A stretch of DNA of 64,000 nt from the human T2T-CHM13v2.0 reference genome, Homo sapiens, in NCBI RefSeq assembly GCF_009914755.1, contig NC_060930.1, one strand, 5' to 3'. Below the pieces are notes generated by a model that made no database searches, was not told the origin of the DNA, and saw only the letters and a program-made list of their open reading frames with translations. A program made the translations under genes and the position numbers. Below are positions 17,230 to 30,917 of the stretch, one piece after another (position 1 is the stretch's first letter; every line of letters begins with the position of its first letter).

Positions 17230-18390
17230 TAATAATTATTTTAGTGAGGATTTGGGGATAAGTTCTTGGTATTCATTTGTCTAAAGATAATTGCACTATT
17301 GTCACTAGTAATGACATTTTAGCTGGAGATAAGTTTATTGGTTTACCGTTTTTATCAGTCTTAGAGCTGATGAAAAGTCTCCTGTCCTCCTTTTCTAAGT
17401 TATCTGAGTTTCTGATAGTTTAAGATTTCTTACCTTTGATAGTTCTGTAGTTTTATTACAGTGGGTCTAAGAGTAGATATGGTATACTTTTGGTCTCAGT
17501 ATGAATTGATCTGAAGATGTTAACATATCTTTTAATAAATGTCAGTGCCTTGAGGAATTGTGTCTATCTTCATAAGGTATGTCAGTCTATAATTTTCTTA
17601 TTTCACATCACAGTTAATGCTGGCCTCATAAGAGGAGTTAGGAAGCACTTTCTCTGTTTCTCAAATTGAATGTATTGTACTGGTTTGGATTCTTTCATGA
17701 ATATGTACTAAAATTTATCAGTGAAGCTATTGGGGACTAAGATTTTCTTTGTGATAAGTTTTTAGATTATGAATTCACAGCCTTTAATTAAACATAAGCT
17801 AGACTTAACATTTCTCCTTGGGTCAGTTTTTGTGAAAGTTGTATCTTTAAAGGAATTTACCTCATCTAAAATGTTGCGTTCATTAGCAGATACTTGCTTC
17901 TGCTCTTTATTATTATTACCTTTACTTTCAGTTTAATTTGCTTTTTCTGTTTTGGTTTCTTAAGGTGGAAGTTTAGGCCATTGCTGTATTGTCTTACATG
18001 AGCATATAGTGCTGTACATTTACTTGCAGCTCTGCTTCAGTCTATCAAAATTTGATATGCTTTCATTAGAATCCAGTTCAAAATATTTTCTGGGTTGATT
18101 TGTGATTTCTTCTTTGACCCCTGGGTTTAGAATTAGGTTAAATTGTGGATATTTGAGGTTTTTCTAAATGTTTTATTGTTGATTTTGAATTCCATTGTAG
18201 TCAAAGCACATTTCCTATAAGATTTCAGTTTTTTGGAATCTATTCAGAATTGTTTTATGGCCCAGTATATGGTCTGTCTTGGTGAATGTTCTGTGTGTAT
18301 TTGAAAAGATTATATAATTCTCTGGTTGTTGATGGAGCTTTTCATAAATACCAGCTAAACTACAGTTGGTATGGTCACATAGGTCTCCCA

Positions 18391-18686
18391 TTTTTTTTTT
18401 ATTTTTTTATTTTTTAGGCAAGGTCTCACTCACCCAGGTTGGAGTGCAGTGGCGTGATCATGGCTCAGCATAGCTTCCACTTCTCAGGCTCAGATGATCC
18501 TCTCACCTCAGCCTCCCAAGTAGCTGGGACTATAGGTGTGTGCCACCACACCCAGCTAGTTTTTGTAGAGATGGGGTTTCATGATATGCCCAGGCTGATC
18601 TTGAACTCCTGAGCTAGGCGATCTGCCTGCCTTGCTCGGCTCCCAAAGTGCTGAGATTACAGAGCATGAGCCATTGCGCCCAGCCA
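18391..18686 (-). mobile_element. Alu (AluJ-like)
   Basis: Diverged dimer. Confidence 0.9.
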
Positions 18687-21202
18687 AGATCTCTCATCTC
18701 TTTGTTTTATTGTTTTTTGGTCCAATTTTATCAATTACTGAGAAATATGTTAGAATTTCCAAATACGATTGTGCATTGGTTGTTTCTGTTTCTGTTTCAC
18801 GTATTTTGAAGCTGTCATTAGATGGATGTATATTTATAATATTGTTATATTTTCCTTTTAAAATCACTATGAAACGTCTTTTTTGTTTCTAGTAATACTT
18901 TTCGAAGTCTACTTTGTTTTACATTAATGTATCCATTCTAGCTTTGGTATATCTTTTTCCAGTCTGTTACTTTTAGTTTGTTTCTGTCTTTATATTTAAA
19001 ATTGTTCTTTAGAAACCAGAATATAGTCAGTTCTTGCCTTTTTAAAATAATCGGATAGTCCATGCTTTTTAATTGAAATTAATCCATTTACATTTAAAGT
19101 AATTATTAATATGGTTATATTAGGTCTATCATTTTTTGCTTTTCTTAGGGAAGGGATTTTATTTGCTTTTGTTCCTCCTCTTTTGCTGATTTTGTGTTAA
19201 CCAAAATTTCTTATTAATTTTAATTCTTCTGTTGGTTTTCTAGCTATATGCATCTTAGCTTTTTCTTTAATATTGAATCACTTTGGATAAGACATATAAT
19301 TTTTTCAATGATGTGTTTCCAGTTCCACTACTTATCCTTAGTATTATTGTCACAGTTGTTGCATTTATATACTTTGTAAACCCATCAGTAGTGTTGTATT
19401 TTTTGCTTTATGCTGTCATCTTTTATAGAAAACTAAGATATTACATATATCCACATAATTACCATTTCTGGCTGTCTTCATTTCTTCCTGTAGCTCTAAG
19501 TTGCCATCTAGTGTAGTTTCCATTTGGACTAGAGATCTTTCTTTAGCATTTCTTGTTATAGATCTACCAATGACAAATAGTTTATTTGAAAATGCCCTTA
19601 TTTTACCTTCATTTTTAAAGGAAACTTCTTCTGAATACTAGAATTCTTGGTTGACTGGTTTTCTTCCTTTTCCTTCTTCAGTAATTTGAATATGTGGTCC
19701 CAGTGTCTTCAGACTTAAAAGTTTCTAAGGAGAAGTCTTTGTTCTTATCGTTATTGTTGCCGTTGTTTTCCTGTTTATGACGTCATTTTCTCTGGCTGCT
19801 TTCAAGATTTTGTTTATCCTTGGCTTTCTACCATTTGACTAAGGTGTGTCTAGAAGAAGTTTTGTTTGTGTTATTCTGTTTGAGGTTTATTGAGCTTTTG
19901 GGAGATATTTCAGTTGTTGTGTCTTCAGATGTCTTTTCCTCCTTTCCTCTCTCTAGAGTCCAATTAAGGTACTGCTTCCTGTTGTCACATTTTTGGGAAT
20001 TCTACTTATTTTTCATTCATCTCTTTCTCTTTATGTTCTTCAGATTATTCTGTATTCAGGTTCATTGCAGATGGCAGAACCAAGCATCAGTCCGTTGCTT
20101 AGCCAGTCTAATGCATTTATTTTAGTAAATGTTTTGTTCAGATCTAGGCTTTTAGTTTTTCTGGTTTCATTTTTCTCCCTTGAGATTGCCATATCTGTTC
20201 ACTTATTGATACCATATTTTCCTTCAATTCTTTGGGCATGTTTTTCAGACGTTTTTGAAATATTTATGATAAATGTTTGAAGTCTGTTAAATCCAACATT
20301 TCGGCTCACTTGGAATCAGTTTCTGTTGACTATCATTTTACCTGCAGAGGGTCAAGATTTCCTATTTTTTTCTTGTCTAGTGGAAAGTTGGACATATGCT
20401 GTAGTGAGTCTGAACTCTTGTGTTCTTCTGAGGATTATTGTGTTTTTATTGTAGCAGACTGTTAATAAACTGCTTGGTCAAACTACACACTTTGTTTTTC
20501 CTGTGATATGCAGCCGCTTGTAGCTCTCCTCTGCTCTTAGGTCTTTGCACTGGTGGTGGTTTTAGTGTGGCACCCTGTGAGTCTCCCCTGTGTCTGCAAA
20601 ATTTGAAAGTTGGCTAAGGATCTGAGTAGAGATGGACTTTTCTCTGTGGTTGTCTTTATTCTGGGGATTCCCCTAGTTTCTAGCACTCCACCAGCTTTGA
20701 GCTCTGTACTCTGACATTTCAAGCTTTATGCCGCCCTAGCTTGAGCATAGTTGGGAAAGAGCATCATATTCACAGATTTGGCTCCATGTTACTCTTTTTT
20801 AAAAATATTGCTTTCTGGTTTCTGACTGCTTTTTCACCGTGCTGCTTGTGGTTTCCTCAGCACATATGTAGTATGTAGTTCAGCTGTCAGCTAGGGATTT
20901 CAGCATCTTATGCTCTGAATTTGAGTGTCACCTCTATATTCTAGTGCTGTCAGAGTGCTTTAAATTTCTAGCTGCTTCCCCAATTCCAGATTTTGATATC
21001 TGGCACCTTTAGTTGGTGAGGAACTGGCTTTTGTTTGCCCCCATGTTTTGCAGCAATAGCTGTGGGAGTTGAGCAGTGCCTTGAGCCAAGATGCCACAAA
21101 CTCACAATTCTTAACCCTTCTAGTTACAGTTTTTGAGATTTAACTCTCTTCCTGGCTTTTGCAAATACTACCTTTAGATCATTGAAAAAAAAATCACTAA
21201 TT

Positions 21203-21500
21203 AGCTTGGCATGGTGGTACACACCTGTAATTCCAGCACTTTGAGAGGATGAGGCATGAGTCTCACCTGAGGCCAGGAGTTTGAGACAAGCCTGGGCAAC
21301 ATAGTGAGACCCCGTCTTTACTAAAAATAAAAAAAACTTAGCTGAGTGTGATGGCAGTGTGTGTAGTCCCAGCTACTTGGGAGGTTGAGGTGGAAGGATC
21401 ACCTGATCCCAGGAGGTTGAGGCTGCAATGAGCTATGATTGCACCACTGTATTCCAGCCTGGGTGACAGAGTGAGACCCTACCTCAAAAAAACAAAAAAC
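21203..21500 (+). mobile_element. Alu (AluJ-like)
   Basis: cctgtaattccagcactttg...gaggctgcaatgagctatgatt...A-rich tail. Confidence 0.9.
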
Positions 21501-21775
21501 AGTTATTATAAATGTTATCTGTGAGTGTTTGTGTGACCTCTTCACCCTTCCTGCCATTACAGAAAGTTGATATTTTTAGTTTTGAAATACTAGGGTGAGT
21601 ATAGCTTGTCTGTTTCATGAGCGTGTCTTTCTGTTGTGCTTTCATTGCTTTTAGGGTCATTATTCAGTTTATTTTGTTCTTTTTTTTTCCCTTGAGATAA
21701 GTTTGTATGAGAGTCAGCCACCATCCTTTTTCTGTTCTTCTTTTTATTTGAAATTAGGTTGTGTGCACTTGTGCA

Positions 21776-21790
21776 GGGAGGGTGGGCGGG
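21776..21790 (+). other. G-quadruplex motif (G3N1)
   Basis: GGGAGGGTGGGCGGG. Confidence 0.7.
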
Positions 21791-24319
21791 AGAGGTTTTC
21801 AGAGGCCACAGGATTCTCTTTTCCGGCATCTCACTAAGTACTTGACAGTGTGGCCTGGTACCTTTTGAGCTCAAGGGCTGTCCTCCCATTCCTCTCCTTC
21901 CCCATCCATCTGGGCTAGACCTTCTCTTTCCATTGCGTCCCCCACCCCACACTATCCCTTTCCTGCTCCATTGCTGTTCTGTTCCCAGCAGTTTTTCTTA
22001 GTAGAAGGAGGCTTTGGCTGGCTAGTTTCAAGAGCCCTTCAGCCTTAGACTGCTGCAGTCCCTTCGGACCTGGCTGTGATCACTTGCATCCACCTATAGA
22101 TGGAAGTGTGCAAAGACCCTTCTAGTTTTGGCTGCTATTCTCAGCTGGCTCCCTGAGTTTTCCTGTGAGGTGCCTGTTGACAGTGTCAGGGTTCTTCTGC
22201 TCCCATCCATCAGACACCCTGTTGCTATCCTCTGCTTCCTCTGCACAGATCCTCATCCACCTGGTCCTGCAGCTTTTGCCCATTTATCATCCCTTTCCAG
22301 TCACTTAGTTTTCTCTTGGCTATTATCTCAAGATTTGAGGGATTGGGCAATTTCTGCACCTCCTCTGCTGTCCCCATTCTCCTCCATCTGCCTTGAAGTG
22401 AAGCAGATTTTATCCTGCTCTGAAGCCTGGGGCATGGATGAGAATTCTTTCAGGATTCTCTCACCAACTTTCTCCAGTAACAGGATTGACAGACGATAGA
22501 CAGGTGTGGGCTCTGTTCCCTGGTTGCCCTTTCACTTGAGAGTGTAGCCCCTGACCTTGCCTGTCTGCGTGGGCTCTAATCTGACCTTACAGCCCCGTCA
22601 CTGTGGCTCTGTGTCCCTGTCCAGCATCAGCACGTGGCCTCGGGATATCTCCTGGCTTCAGACTTGGCTCACTTTCCTGATTTTTTTTTTTTTTTTTTTT
22701 AGTTTTCATCTTTATTTTCCTGATGACTTCTCTTCATTCTGGCTTGTAAATGATGTATTTTTAAAAGTAGTTAAAAGATATTTTATCCAACTCTATGTGT
22801 GTATGTGTGTTTTTTGTACTAGGAGGAATTTTGGGGGTACCTTTGTCCTTATATTGGTGGTGTAAATTATATTTTTTAAAACTTTTCTTTTTAAAAATAG
22901 CTTATGTGTCTCATGGCGTAGCGTGCTTTTTTTTTTTTTTGCTCTCCTAAGTCTTTTTGATTTTTAAAATACTTTGTTTGCCGTGCATGTTTTAAGAGTT
23001 TGCTCTCTTTAGGAAACCAGTCAAGGTCCATAATTTTATGAAACTTGGGCTGTCAGTTATTTACAGACTAACCAGTGTGGACAGAAGTAAGAGGAAAAGT
23101 GTAACACTTGTGTTATGAGGTCTGGGAGAGCTGAGGCCACTCCCCCTGTTTTACAGGAGGAAGGTCCTAAGCAGTGGCCTCGCCCAGTCAGCCAACCTCC
23201 AGTTTCACCCACGAGAATGGTGGGCCTGAGACCAAGAGAAGGCCATTATTCAGTCATGTTGAAGTGCGGGGCGCTGCCTAAGAACCTAGCTCCTAGGCTC
23301 CCCACATCACTGCAGGGCAGGCATTAGTCACCACTTTTAGAGCTGAAGAGAATGAGTCTTTGGTTAAGTGTTGAAATAGAAGTACAGTTCAGATCTCAAA
23401 ATAAAGACCTTTGTCTTACGACCGCATCTCCAGGCCAGTGGCCTGGGAGCCAGAGAGAGCTTGTTCTCTGATGCCCAGGGCCCTGCTCTTCCTCCCCATC
23501 AGTAGGAAACGATGGCCTTGGAGGCTTATTTTGCTCATCACTCTCGCCCCACTGCTGTAAATAACAGAATGGCCCTCGCTCTGCGGTTTCTAGACCCTGG
23601 CACTGTTTTTCAAACTTGACTGTCATAGAGACCGCTGCTAAAAGGAACTGTCTGCACGTCCGTCTGGGTCCATTCTCCTACTCATGACCAGTGGTGGAAA
23701 TTTTAGGTTGTTTGAAAAAATGTCTTTTAATGGCAAATTAACATTCAAGAAGAGTAATTAGACTTAATAACTGGAAGGCTTTTTTAGTCCATCACTTAAA
23801 ACACAAACGTGGAAAATGTCACAGAACTCTTGGCCCATGTAGCGCATGCATCTGTCCCATTTCTATACTTTTATCTGAGTGTTCCAGGTTACACTTGTTT
23901 TAAATAAGAGAAGAAAGAGGGAGAAATTGTTCATAGTAGCTGCATGGTTAACGGTGTTAGCTAGTTTGAATCAGATTTCTAAATCAGACCAAAAAAACCC
24001 CAAAAAACAAAAACCCAGAAAACAGACTAGATGGTGCTTTTGAATAGGAATAATATATAAACCATTGATCTCAAAACACTAAAAACTAGTATATGCTCAT
24101 CAGTCAGTGAATTAGCTTTTTACTCTAAACTTAAGAGTAAGTTTTGCTTTACTTTTAGAAACTTTTAGAACCAAACATGGGAACTCATGTAATCTAAGTA
24201 ACTTAGTAGTGAAACTCTATTCTGCTCCCCATTGGGGGAAAAAAAAGCATATGCTTGGTAGAAAGAATGTTAGAACTTGAAAGTAGAAAGAAATGTTAGA
24301 ACTCGAATCAGGCAAGGTA

Positions 24320-25260
24320 CCATCAGGGCTCAGAGCCACACTGGTAATTCGAATGGCGGAAATTTCATAGAATTGTTGGAGAGGTGTTTAGGATCCTCCA
24401 GAGAAACGAACCCATAGGTTAGAGAGAGATATATAGAACCAGATTTATTATAGGGATTTGTTTATGCAATGATGGAGGCCTAGAAGTCCCATGATCTGCT
24501 TTCTGCAAGCTGGAGGCCCCGGAAAGTGGTGGTGGAGTTCCAGCCCAAACCCGAAGTCCTGAGAGCCAGGGGAGCCAGTGGCGTAAAGTCCCAGTGGGAG
24601 ACTGAAGGCCCGGGAACCAGGGGCAGTGACGTGTGAGGGCAAGAGAAATGGATCCTGGCTCATGAAGAGGGAAAGGGGATTTGCCCTTCCTCTGTCTACC
24701 TCTTTGTTCTCTCCAGGCTCTAAGTGGATTGGATGATGCCTAAGAGGCTTAAGAGGGCGGCTCTTCTTTCCTTAGTTCACTGATTCAAATGCCAGTGTCT
24801 TCCAGAAACACCCCCACAGACAAACCCAGAAATAATGTTTTACTAGCTACCCATCTGGGCATCCCTTCAGCAGTCAAGTGGACATGTAAAACTCACCAGA
24901 GGGGCTGAAAGGAGATGTGTACAGAGGGGCAGCTGCAGCAAGCCGCTGGCGCAGGAGCATGAGGAAGGAGCTGAGAGCAGCGCAGCCTGCCTGCTGCTGA
25001 GATTCGACCGCAGGGAGCGGGTGTACATGCCGCAGGGACGCAAGACCTGCCAGTGCTGGACAGAGTGGCCATCCACAAAGTCCTCTGAGGTCAGCAGGAG
25101 GGGCCCTGCATGCCGACCCACCGGCTGTGCCACCTGGAAAACCACATGCTGGAGAAGAAAAGGAATGCTTGCAGTCCCTCCAGCACCCTCTGTTGGCAAA
25201 GCCTGGCATCAAGCGTCACCCAGGATTTCAGAGCAGGGCAGGGCGAGGTCTGCATCTGAG
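24320..25260. mobile_element. Old LTR (LTR78/79-like) interrupted by MLT2
   Basis: cagagccacactggtaattcgaa and gtccctccagcaccctctgttggcaaagcct resemble a recalled consensus. Confidence 0.4.
24385..24898 (-). mobile_element. MLT2 (ERVL) LTR
   Basis: ctccagagaaacgaacccatagg...gaagtcccatgatctgctttctgcaagctggag...cccagaaataatgttttactagc. Confidence 0.85.
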
Positions 25261-25785
25261 AAGCAGCACCTTCACACCTCCTCCACGCTGCTCCCAGAGC
25301 CATCTTTCCAAAATGTGAAATTCATTCTGGCATCCCCCTACCAGAGGATCTTCATGGCTGTCAAACAGAAAGTGTTTCAACTTTTTATTTTGCAGTAGTT
25401 TTAGAGTTTCGCAGCAAAGTTGTAAAAATGATACAGCATTCTCAAATACCACTCCTCCAACTTCCTGAGTGTTAACATCTTCTGTAACATTGTAGCACAG
25501 TTACCAAAACCGGGAAAGTCTTTGGGAGGAGCTATGCAGGCTGTATTCACACTGCACGTTTTCCCATGAATGCCTTTCTTCTGTTCCAGGACCCAGCATT
25601 GCATTCAGATCCTGTCTCTTTAGGCTCCTTCCTTCTGCGACGGTTCCTCAGTCTTTCCTTCGATGATCTGGACACTTTCAAAGAGTGCCTTTAAGTTCTT
25701 TTGTAAAATGTTCCTAAATTCTGGTTTTCTGTCAGGTTAGTACATTTTTGGCCAGAATTCCATAGACACAACACTGTGTCCTTCT

Positions 25786-26189
25786 GTGTTAGTCTCCTTG
25801 GGCAGCCGTAATAAAATACACAAACCAAGTGGCTCAGGCAACAGACATTTGTTTCCTCACTGTTTCTGAGGGTGCATTCCAAGGTCAAGGTGCGGGCAGG
25901 ATGGGATTCTCCCGAGGGCTTCCTTCCCTCAGAGGCTTGTGGATGACATCTCTCTGCCGTGTCCTCACACGCTCTTTCCTCTGTGCGTGCGTGCACCGGT
26001 GTCTGTGTGTGTCCAAATTTCTTCGTATGAGGACACCAGTCATGTTAGATTAGGGCTCACCCTCTAGATCTCATGTTAACTCAGTCACCCCACTAAAGGC
26101 TCTTGTCTTCAAATGTGGTCACATTCTGAGGTTATAATGGTTAGGGCTTCAATATAGGAGTTTTAGGGGACTGCAGCTCAGCCCATACA
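25786..26189 (-). mobile_element. MLT1A/B-type MaLR LTR
   Basis: tgtgttagtctcc...ccaaggtcaaggtg...gaggacaccagtcatgttagattaggg...cagcccataca. Confidence 0.85.
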
Positions 26190-26538
26190 TTTCAGTGGGT
26201 CGCTTATAGATGGGGTATATGATGTTGTCTAATTACTGGTGATATTAACTGTAATCACTTGGTTACGGGGATGTCTGCCAAGTTTTTCCACCATAAAGTA
26301 ACTACTTTTCACTTTGTAATTAATACATATCTTGGGGACGATAACTTTGAGACTGTGAAAATAGGGCATTTCTCCTTGAACTTTTACCCATCTTTAGCAT
26401 TCATTCCATTGGCCTGCAGCAGTTCTGTGGTGCTTACCTAATGGTGATTGTCTGTTCCTTTGTTTCTTCCACATTTGCTAATTGGAGTTGTTTTGCAAGG
26501 AGAAGCTATTCCTTCTCTGTATATCATTCATTCATGTC

Positions 26539-26850
26539 TTTTTTTTTTTTTTTTTTTTTTTTTTTGGAGATAGGCTCTTGCACTGTCATCCAGGCTGGAG
26601 TGCAGTGGTGTGAATGTGGCTCACTGCAGCCTCTACCTCCTGGGCTCAGGCAATCCTCCTGCCTCAGCCTCCTGAGTAGCTGGGACTACAGGCATGTGCC
26701 ACCACACCTGACTAATTTTTAATTTTTTTCTGTAGAGATAGGGTCTTGCTATGTTGCCCGTGCTGGTCTTGAACTCCTTGGGGTCAAGCGATCCACTTGC
26801 CTCCACCTCCTAAAATGCTGGGATTACAGGCATGAGCCACCGCGCCGGGC
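26539..26850 (-). mobile_element. Alu (AluJ-like)
   Basis: Full dimer with poly-T. Confidence 0.93.
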
Positions 26851-27479
26851 TCATTTATGTCTTTATGCACTTAGATTTTTTTTTAACTCTATGTATTATA
26901 ATCCAGTATTCTTATTCTGTTACTCAGATTGTCGTAGCTTTGGTCATTGGAAGCTCCTGCAGTTTGGGTCCTATGTCCTTTCATCATGTTTTCCCAATTT
27001 CTTATTTTCAGCTACCACAGGACACTCAGGGTGCATCTTGAATTTTCTTTGCTCCAGCTCTGGAGTCAGGCACTTGAGGGAGCACTGTTTCATTTTATTG
27101 GCAAACGGCATTTAGAAATGCACATGCGGGGCAACACGTGCTTGTTGCCGTTGCCTCTCGAACCTCTAGGAGGACAAAGCTTGGAAGTGCATGCCTGTAT
27201 CTTAGCCCACACAAACCTGCACATCTATATATGGATCTCTCTGCATATGCAGTTAAAAATGAGTTCCTATTGATGAATTCCATTTCCAGTTTAACACCAT
27301 AGCATTCATTCTAACCTTCTTCTTTTCCTTAATTGTTAACTCCTTTCTCCAGCAGTGAGAAATCCATACTCCGCTGTCTGTAATACATTTACTCATTTGC
27401 TCAACTCTAGTATAACATCAAAGTAGTTTCAAATTTGCTAACCCAAATCCCTCTGAGAAGCAGCTTTATTAACTAGAAC

Positions 27480-27668
27480 ACATGCCAGTGAACTGTAGCC
27501 CATGGGTTCAATCTGGCCCGCTTGATGTTTTTGTAAATAAAGTTTTATTGGAACACAGCCCCGCCTATTTGTTTATATATCACGCATGGTTGCGAGAGAG
27601 ACCATATGGCCTCCAAAGCTGAAAAGCTTTACTGTCTGACCCTTTATGGACATGGTTTGCTGACTCTT
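27480..27668. mobile_element. MER58A-like hAT-Charlie element
   Basis: tttttgtaaataaagttttattggaacacagcc...gagaccatatggcctccaaagctgaaaa. Confidence 0.75.
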
Positions 27669-28425
27669 AAAGTCCAAGAATATAGATTTTGTGTACGGCT
27701 CTTTTTGTCTTTAGCTTTATGGTGTCCCAGTCAAAATACTGTTTTCCAAGATTGCTTTTTCTTTTCACCTCCTTCAATGTGGTTATTTTATTCATTTGTA
27801 ATTGAGTTAGATTAATTTGTTACTGCTTGGATTCCATTTTTTTGTTCCCCATACACACATCCTGGTTGATTGTCATTGTGTGTTTTGGATGTGTGAAATA
27901 TTGATGTGGCTTCCAAGCGTGAGAGCTGTGCACCAGGGTATACACTCAGAAAAGCCTCCTCGTTCCAGCTTTCCCATTCCCATTCTGTACGCCCTCCACT
28001 CCTTTTCTACCCACCCTCTGTGGGTGACCAGTCTCTTTAGTTTCTAGTTTGTCTTTCATGTATGTTTTGTGCAAATCAACAGATACATATGTATTTTATT
28101 GCATTATCTTTCTTAAAAAAAAGAGCAGGTAGTATGGTATAAGATACTCTTCTGCACTTGACTTTTTTCACTTATCAATATGTCTTGGAAATCACTCACA
28201 TCAGCTCTTAAAGATCATCTTCATTTTAAAAAATAGCCACTCCTTCGTGTGGATGTACCATAGTTTATTCAACCACTCTCCTATGTATGGCATTTAGAAT
28301 GTTTCTGGTGTTTGTAATTATAAACGGTGTTGCAATGAATAAACTTGTGGATGTGTAGTTTTATACTGTTGGAGGCCTGCCTTCAGGATAGTTTCTTAGA
28401 TGTGGGATTGCCAGTTTTTAAGAGT

Positions 28426-29010
28426 ACTTTGTATGATAGGGATATTATATTAGTCCTTGGTGATCCTTTGTATGGTAGGGGTATTATATTAGTCCTTGGT
28501 GATATTTTGTATAGTAGGGGTATTATATTAGTCCTTGGTGATCCTTTGTATGGTAGGGGTATTATATTAGTCCTTGGTGATATTTTGTATGGTAGGGGTA
28601 TTATATTAGTCCTTGGCGATATTTTGTATGGTAGGGGTATTATATTAGTCCTTGGCGATACTTTGTATGGTAGGGGTATTATATTAGTCCTTGGCGATAC
28701 TTTGTATGGTAGGGGTATTATATTAGTCCTTGGCGATACTTTGTATGGTAGGGGTATTATATTAGTCCTTGGCGATACTTTGTATGGTAGGGGTATTATA
28801 TTAGTCCTTGGCGATACTTTGTATGGTAGGGGTATTATATTAGTCCTTGGCGATACTTTGTATGGTAGGGGTATTATATTAGTCCTTGGCGATATTTTGT
28901 ATGGTAGGGGTATTATGTTAGTCCTTGGTGATATTTTGTATAGTAGGGGTATTATATTAGTCCTTGGTGATATTTTGTATGGTAGGGGTATTATATTAGT
29001 CCTTGGTGAT
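28426..29010. repeat. VNTR/minisatellite, 15 x 39 bp
   Basis: Unit actttgtatggtaggggtattatattagtccttggcgat; 15 copies counted via the 13-aa repeat in the ORF track. Confidence 0.97.
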
Positions 29011-29538
29011 GTTTCTTGGACATACTTTCTCCCCGTTGGCTTTTGACTTTGATCTTGGTGTATGTGTGTGTGTTTATTTTTGCCTTTATGACTCGCCCTT
29101 GCCTACGGGATAATGACATAATGCATAGTTGTCTAAGTGTGTGATGGGTTACCCTTTGCCTTTTGTTGTTTGCATTGTACTTCCTAACTCCTACTTCACA
29201 AGATTTCAGTTCAGGCATCAGTTCCGAAATGATTTCTCAACTAGCATGAGTTAAAGAAAGAGATTATGTTCTGCCTTCTCAGAGGGTGCTACTTTTAAAA
29301 GTTGTTTGATCCTCATGGTACCCTTTAATGACTCCCTGTGATTATATGTCTAGTACCAGTTAACTATGTCAGAGTTACTTTCAGATTTTATCAGTTGTTG
29401 TGACTGTATGGGATGACTCAGTGTTGGACCTGAGACTTTGCCTCCAATTTTAATATATTTCATGAATCCATTTCCACTAAAATCTTTTTTGTTTTAGTAT
29501 ATAATAAAATCTACACATCTCAGTTTTGACTTGCCTGG

Positions 29539-29895
29539 TGTCATAGTCCATTTGGAGAGCTGTAACAAAATACTATAAACTGGGAGGCTTAGAAATAACA
29601 TAAATGTATGCTCATAGTCCTGGGGGCCCAGAAGTCCAAGGTCAAGGCACCCAGCAGATTGGTGCCTGGCGAGGGCTGCTCTCTGCCCTTCTCACAGTGT
29701 CCTCACATGGTGGAAGGGACTAGCCAGGTCTCTTATCAGGGCACCAATCCCATTCATGAGGGCAGAGCCTTGTGCCACTCTCCTATGTATGAGACCTAGT
29801 TATTTCTCAAAAGTCTAACCTTTTAGTACCATCATACTAGGGATTGGGTTTCAACATAGGAAATTTTGGGGGACACAAATATTCAGACCATAGCA
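29539..29895 (-). mobile_element. MST/MLT1A-type MaLR LTR
   Basis: tgtcatagtccatttgg...gaagtccaaggtcaaggcacc...ggggacacaaatattcagaccatagca. Confidence 0.85.
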
Positions 29896-30553
29896 AGTGG
29901 TCATTTGTGTCTATTCAGTTATTGCAGGCAATTCCTTCAGTAAATAGAGAAAGAGCTTGTCAATGCATATCATCTTGTGTCAGATCAGCCGTACAGAGGT
30001 CCATTTACTGGGAGCTAATGAAGCTTCAGTTTCAGGTCTGACAGAAGTTTTTGATAGTTGGCGTTATAGAGGGGACATTTTTGCATGCTCATTAATTCTT
30101 TAGTAGTTAAGAAGGATTTCCTCTGGAAGCATTAATTAGCAAGAATATGAAGTAAAAGTAAAACATAGTAGACCATGTAAAAACTTCCTGAACTATGTTG
30201 CATAGATAATACTAAAGATAGAACTAGCAGTTGTTTATTTTTAATAAGCTCTCTAGACTTAAACTATTTTAAATAAAAACAGAGCACCTGACTTAAAATA
30301 GCATTTTTAAAAGTACCTCTTCAGTAGTAATAGGCTGTCACTGCTAGCTTATTGGTTATTTTCCCTCAGCTCTTGCTCTCTTCTGGTCAGTTATGGATTC
30401 TTGTTTGAGGAGAGGAGCTGGCAACACTAGTTGGCCCTCTCTGTACTTAACATCATGAGGCTCCTAGAATTTAGTAAGGAGATACTCAAAAGTAGTCTAT
30501 ATGGGTTTTTAAAAACTAGCTTTTAATTACACAAGTACTCAATGACATTATTC

Positions 30554-30715
30554 TTTTTTTTTTTTTTTTTTTGAGACAGGGTCTCTGTCATCCAGGCCAT
30601 AATGCAGTGGTGCCATTATAGCTCACTGCAGCCTCAAACTCTTGGCCTCGAGTGATCTTCCTGCCCTGCCTTTCCAAAGCTCTGGGATTACAGGCATGAG
30701 CCACCACCCCTGGCC
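30554..30715 (-). mobile_element. Alu monomer (FRAM/FAM-like or recombined Alu)
   Basis: poly-T plus a single ~140-bp monomer; short further Alu fragment at ~30745-30795. Confidence 0.8.
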
Positions 30716-30917
30716 TCTCTCTTCTTTAACAAATACTAAATTAATTTATTTAGTTTAGAGATGGGTCTCACTGTTACCCGGGCTGGTCTGGAACATTATA
30801 AAGACTCCTGTTGGCCATCTCACTTGACTGTTGTCTTCCACCCTCTTCCCCATTCATCAGCTCTTAGTGTTGGTCTCCCCTGGAACCTTCCACATCATCT
30901 CCTGTGCCTTTGCTGTC

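Larger units (their letters stand above)
25370..28425 (-). mobile_element. L1MC/ME fragments interrupted by MLT1, Alu and MER58
   Basis: ctttcttctgttccaggacccagcattgcatt and aagtttttccaccataaagtaactac resemble L1MC 3' ends. Confidence 0.6.

Noticed and set aside
24867-25452. Dense overlapping ORFs suggesting a coding region
   Set aside because: GC-rich old LTR-like sequence has few stop codons; no protein similarity recognised.
28345-29046. 233-aa ORF with (xLYGRGIILVLGD)15 repeats as a novel repeat protein, or the array as a CRISPR
   Set aside because: The ORF is open only because the 39-bp unit is a multiple of 3 and lacks a stop in one frame. The track start is TTG and the next ATG (28351) has weak context. 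Flanks are L1M. The array has no unique spacers and the DNA is eukaryotic.
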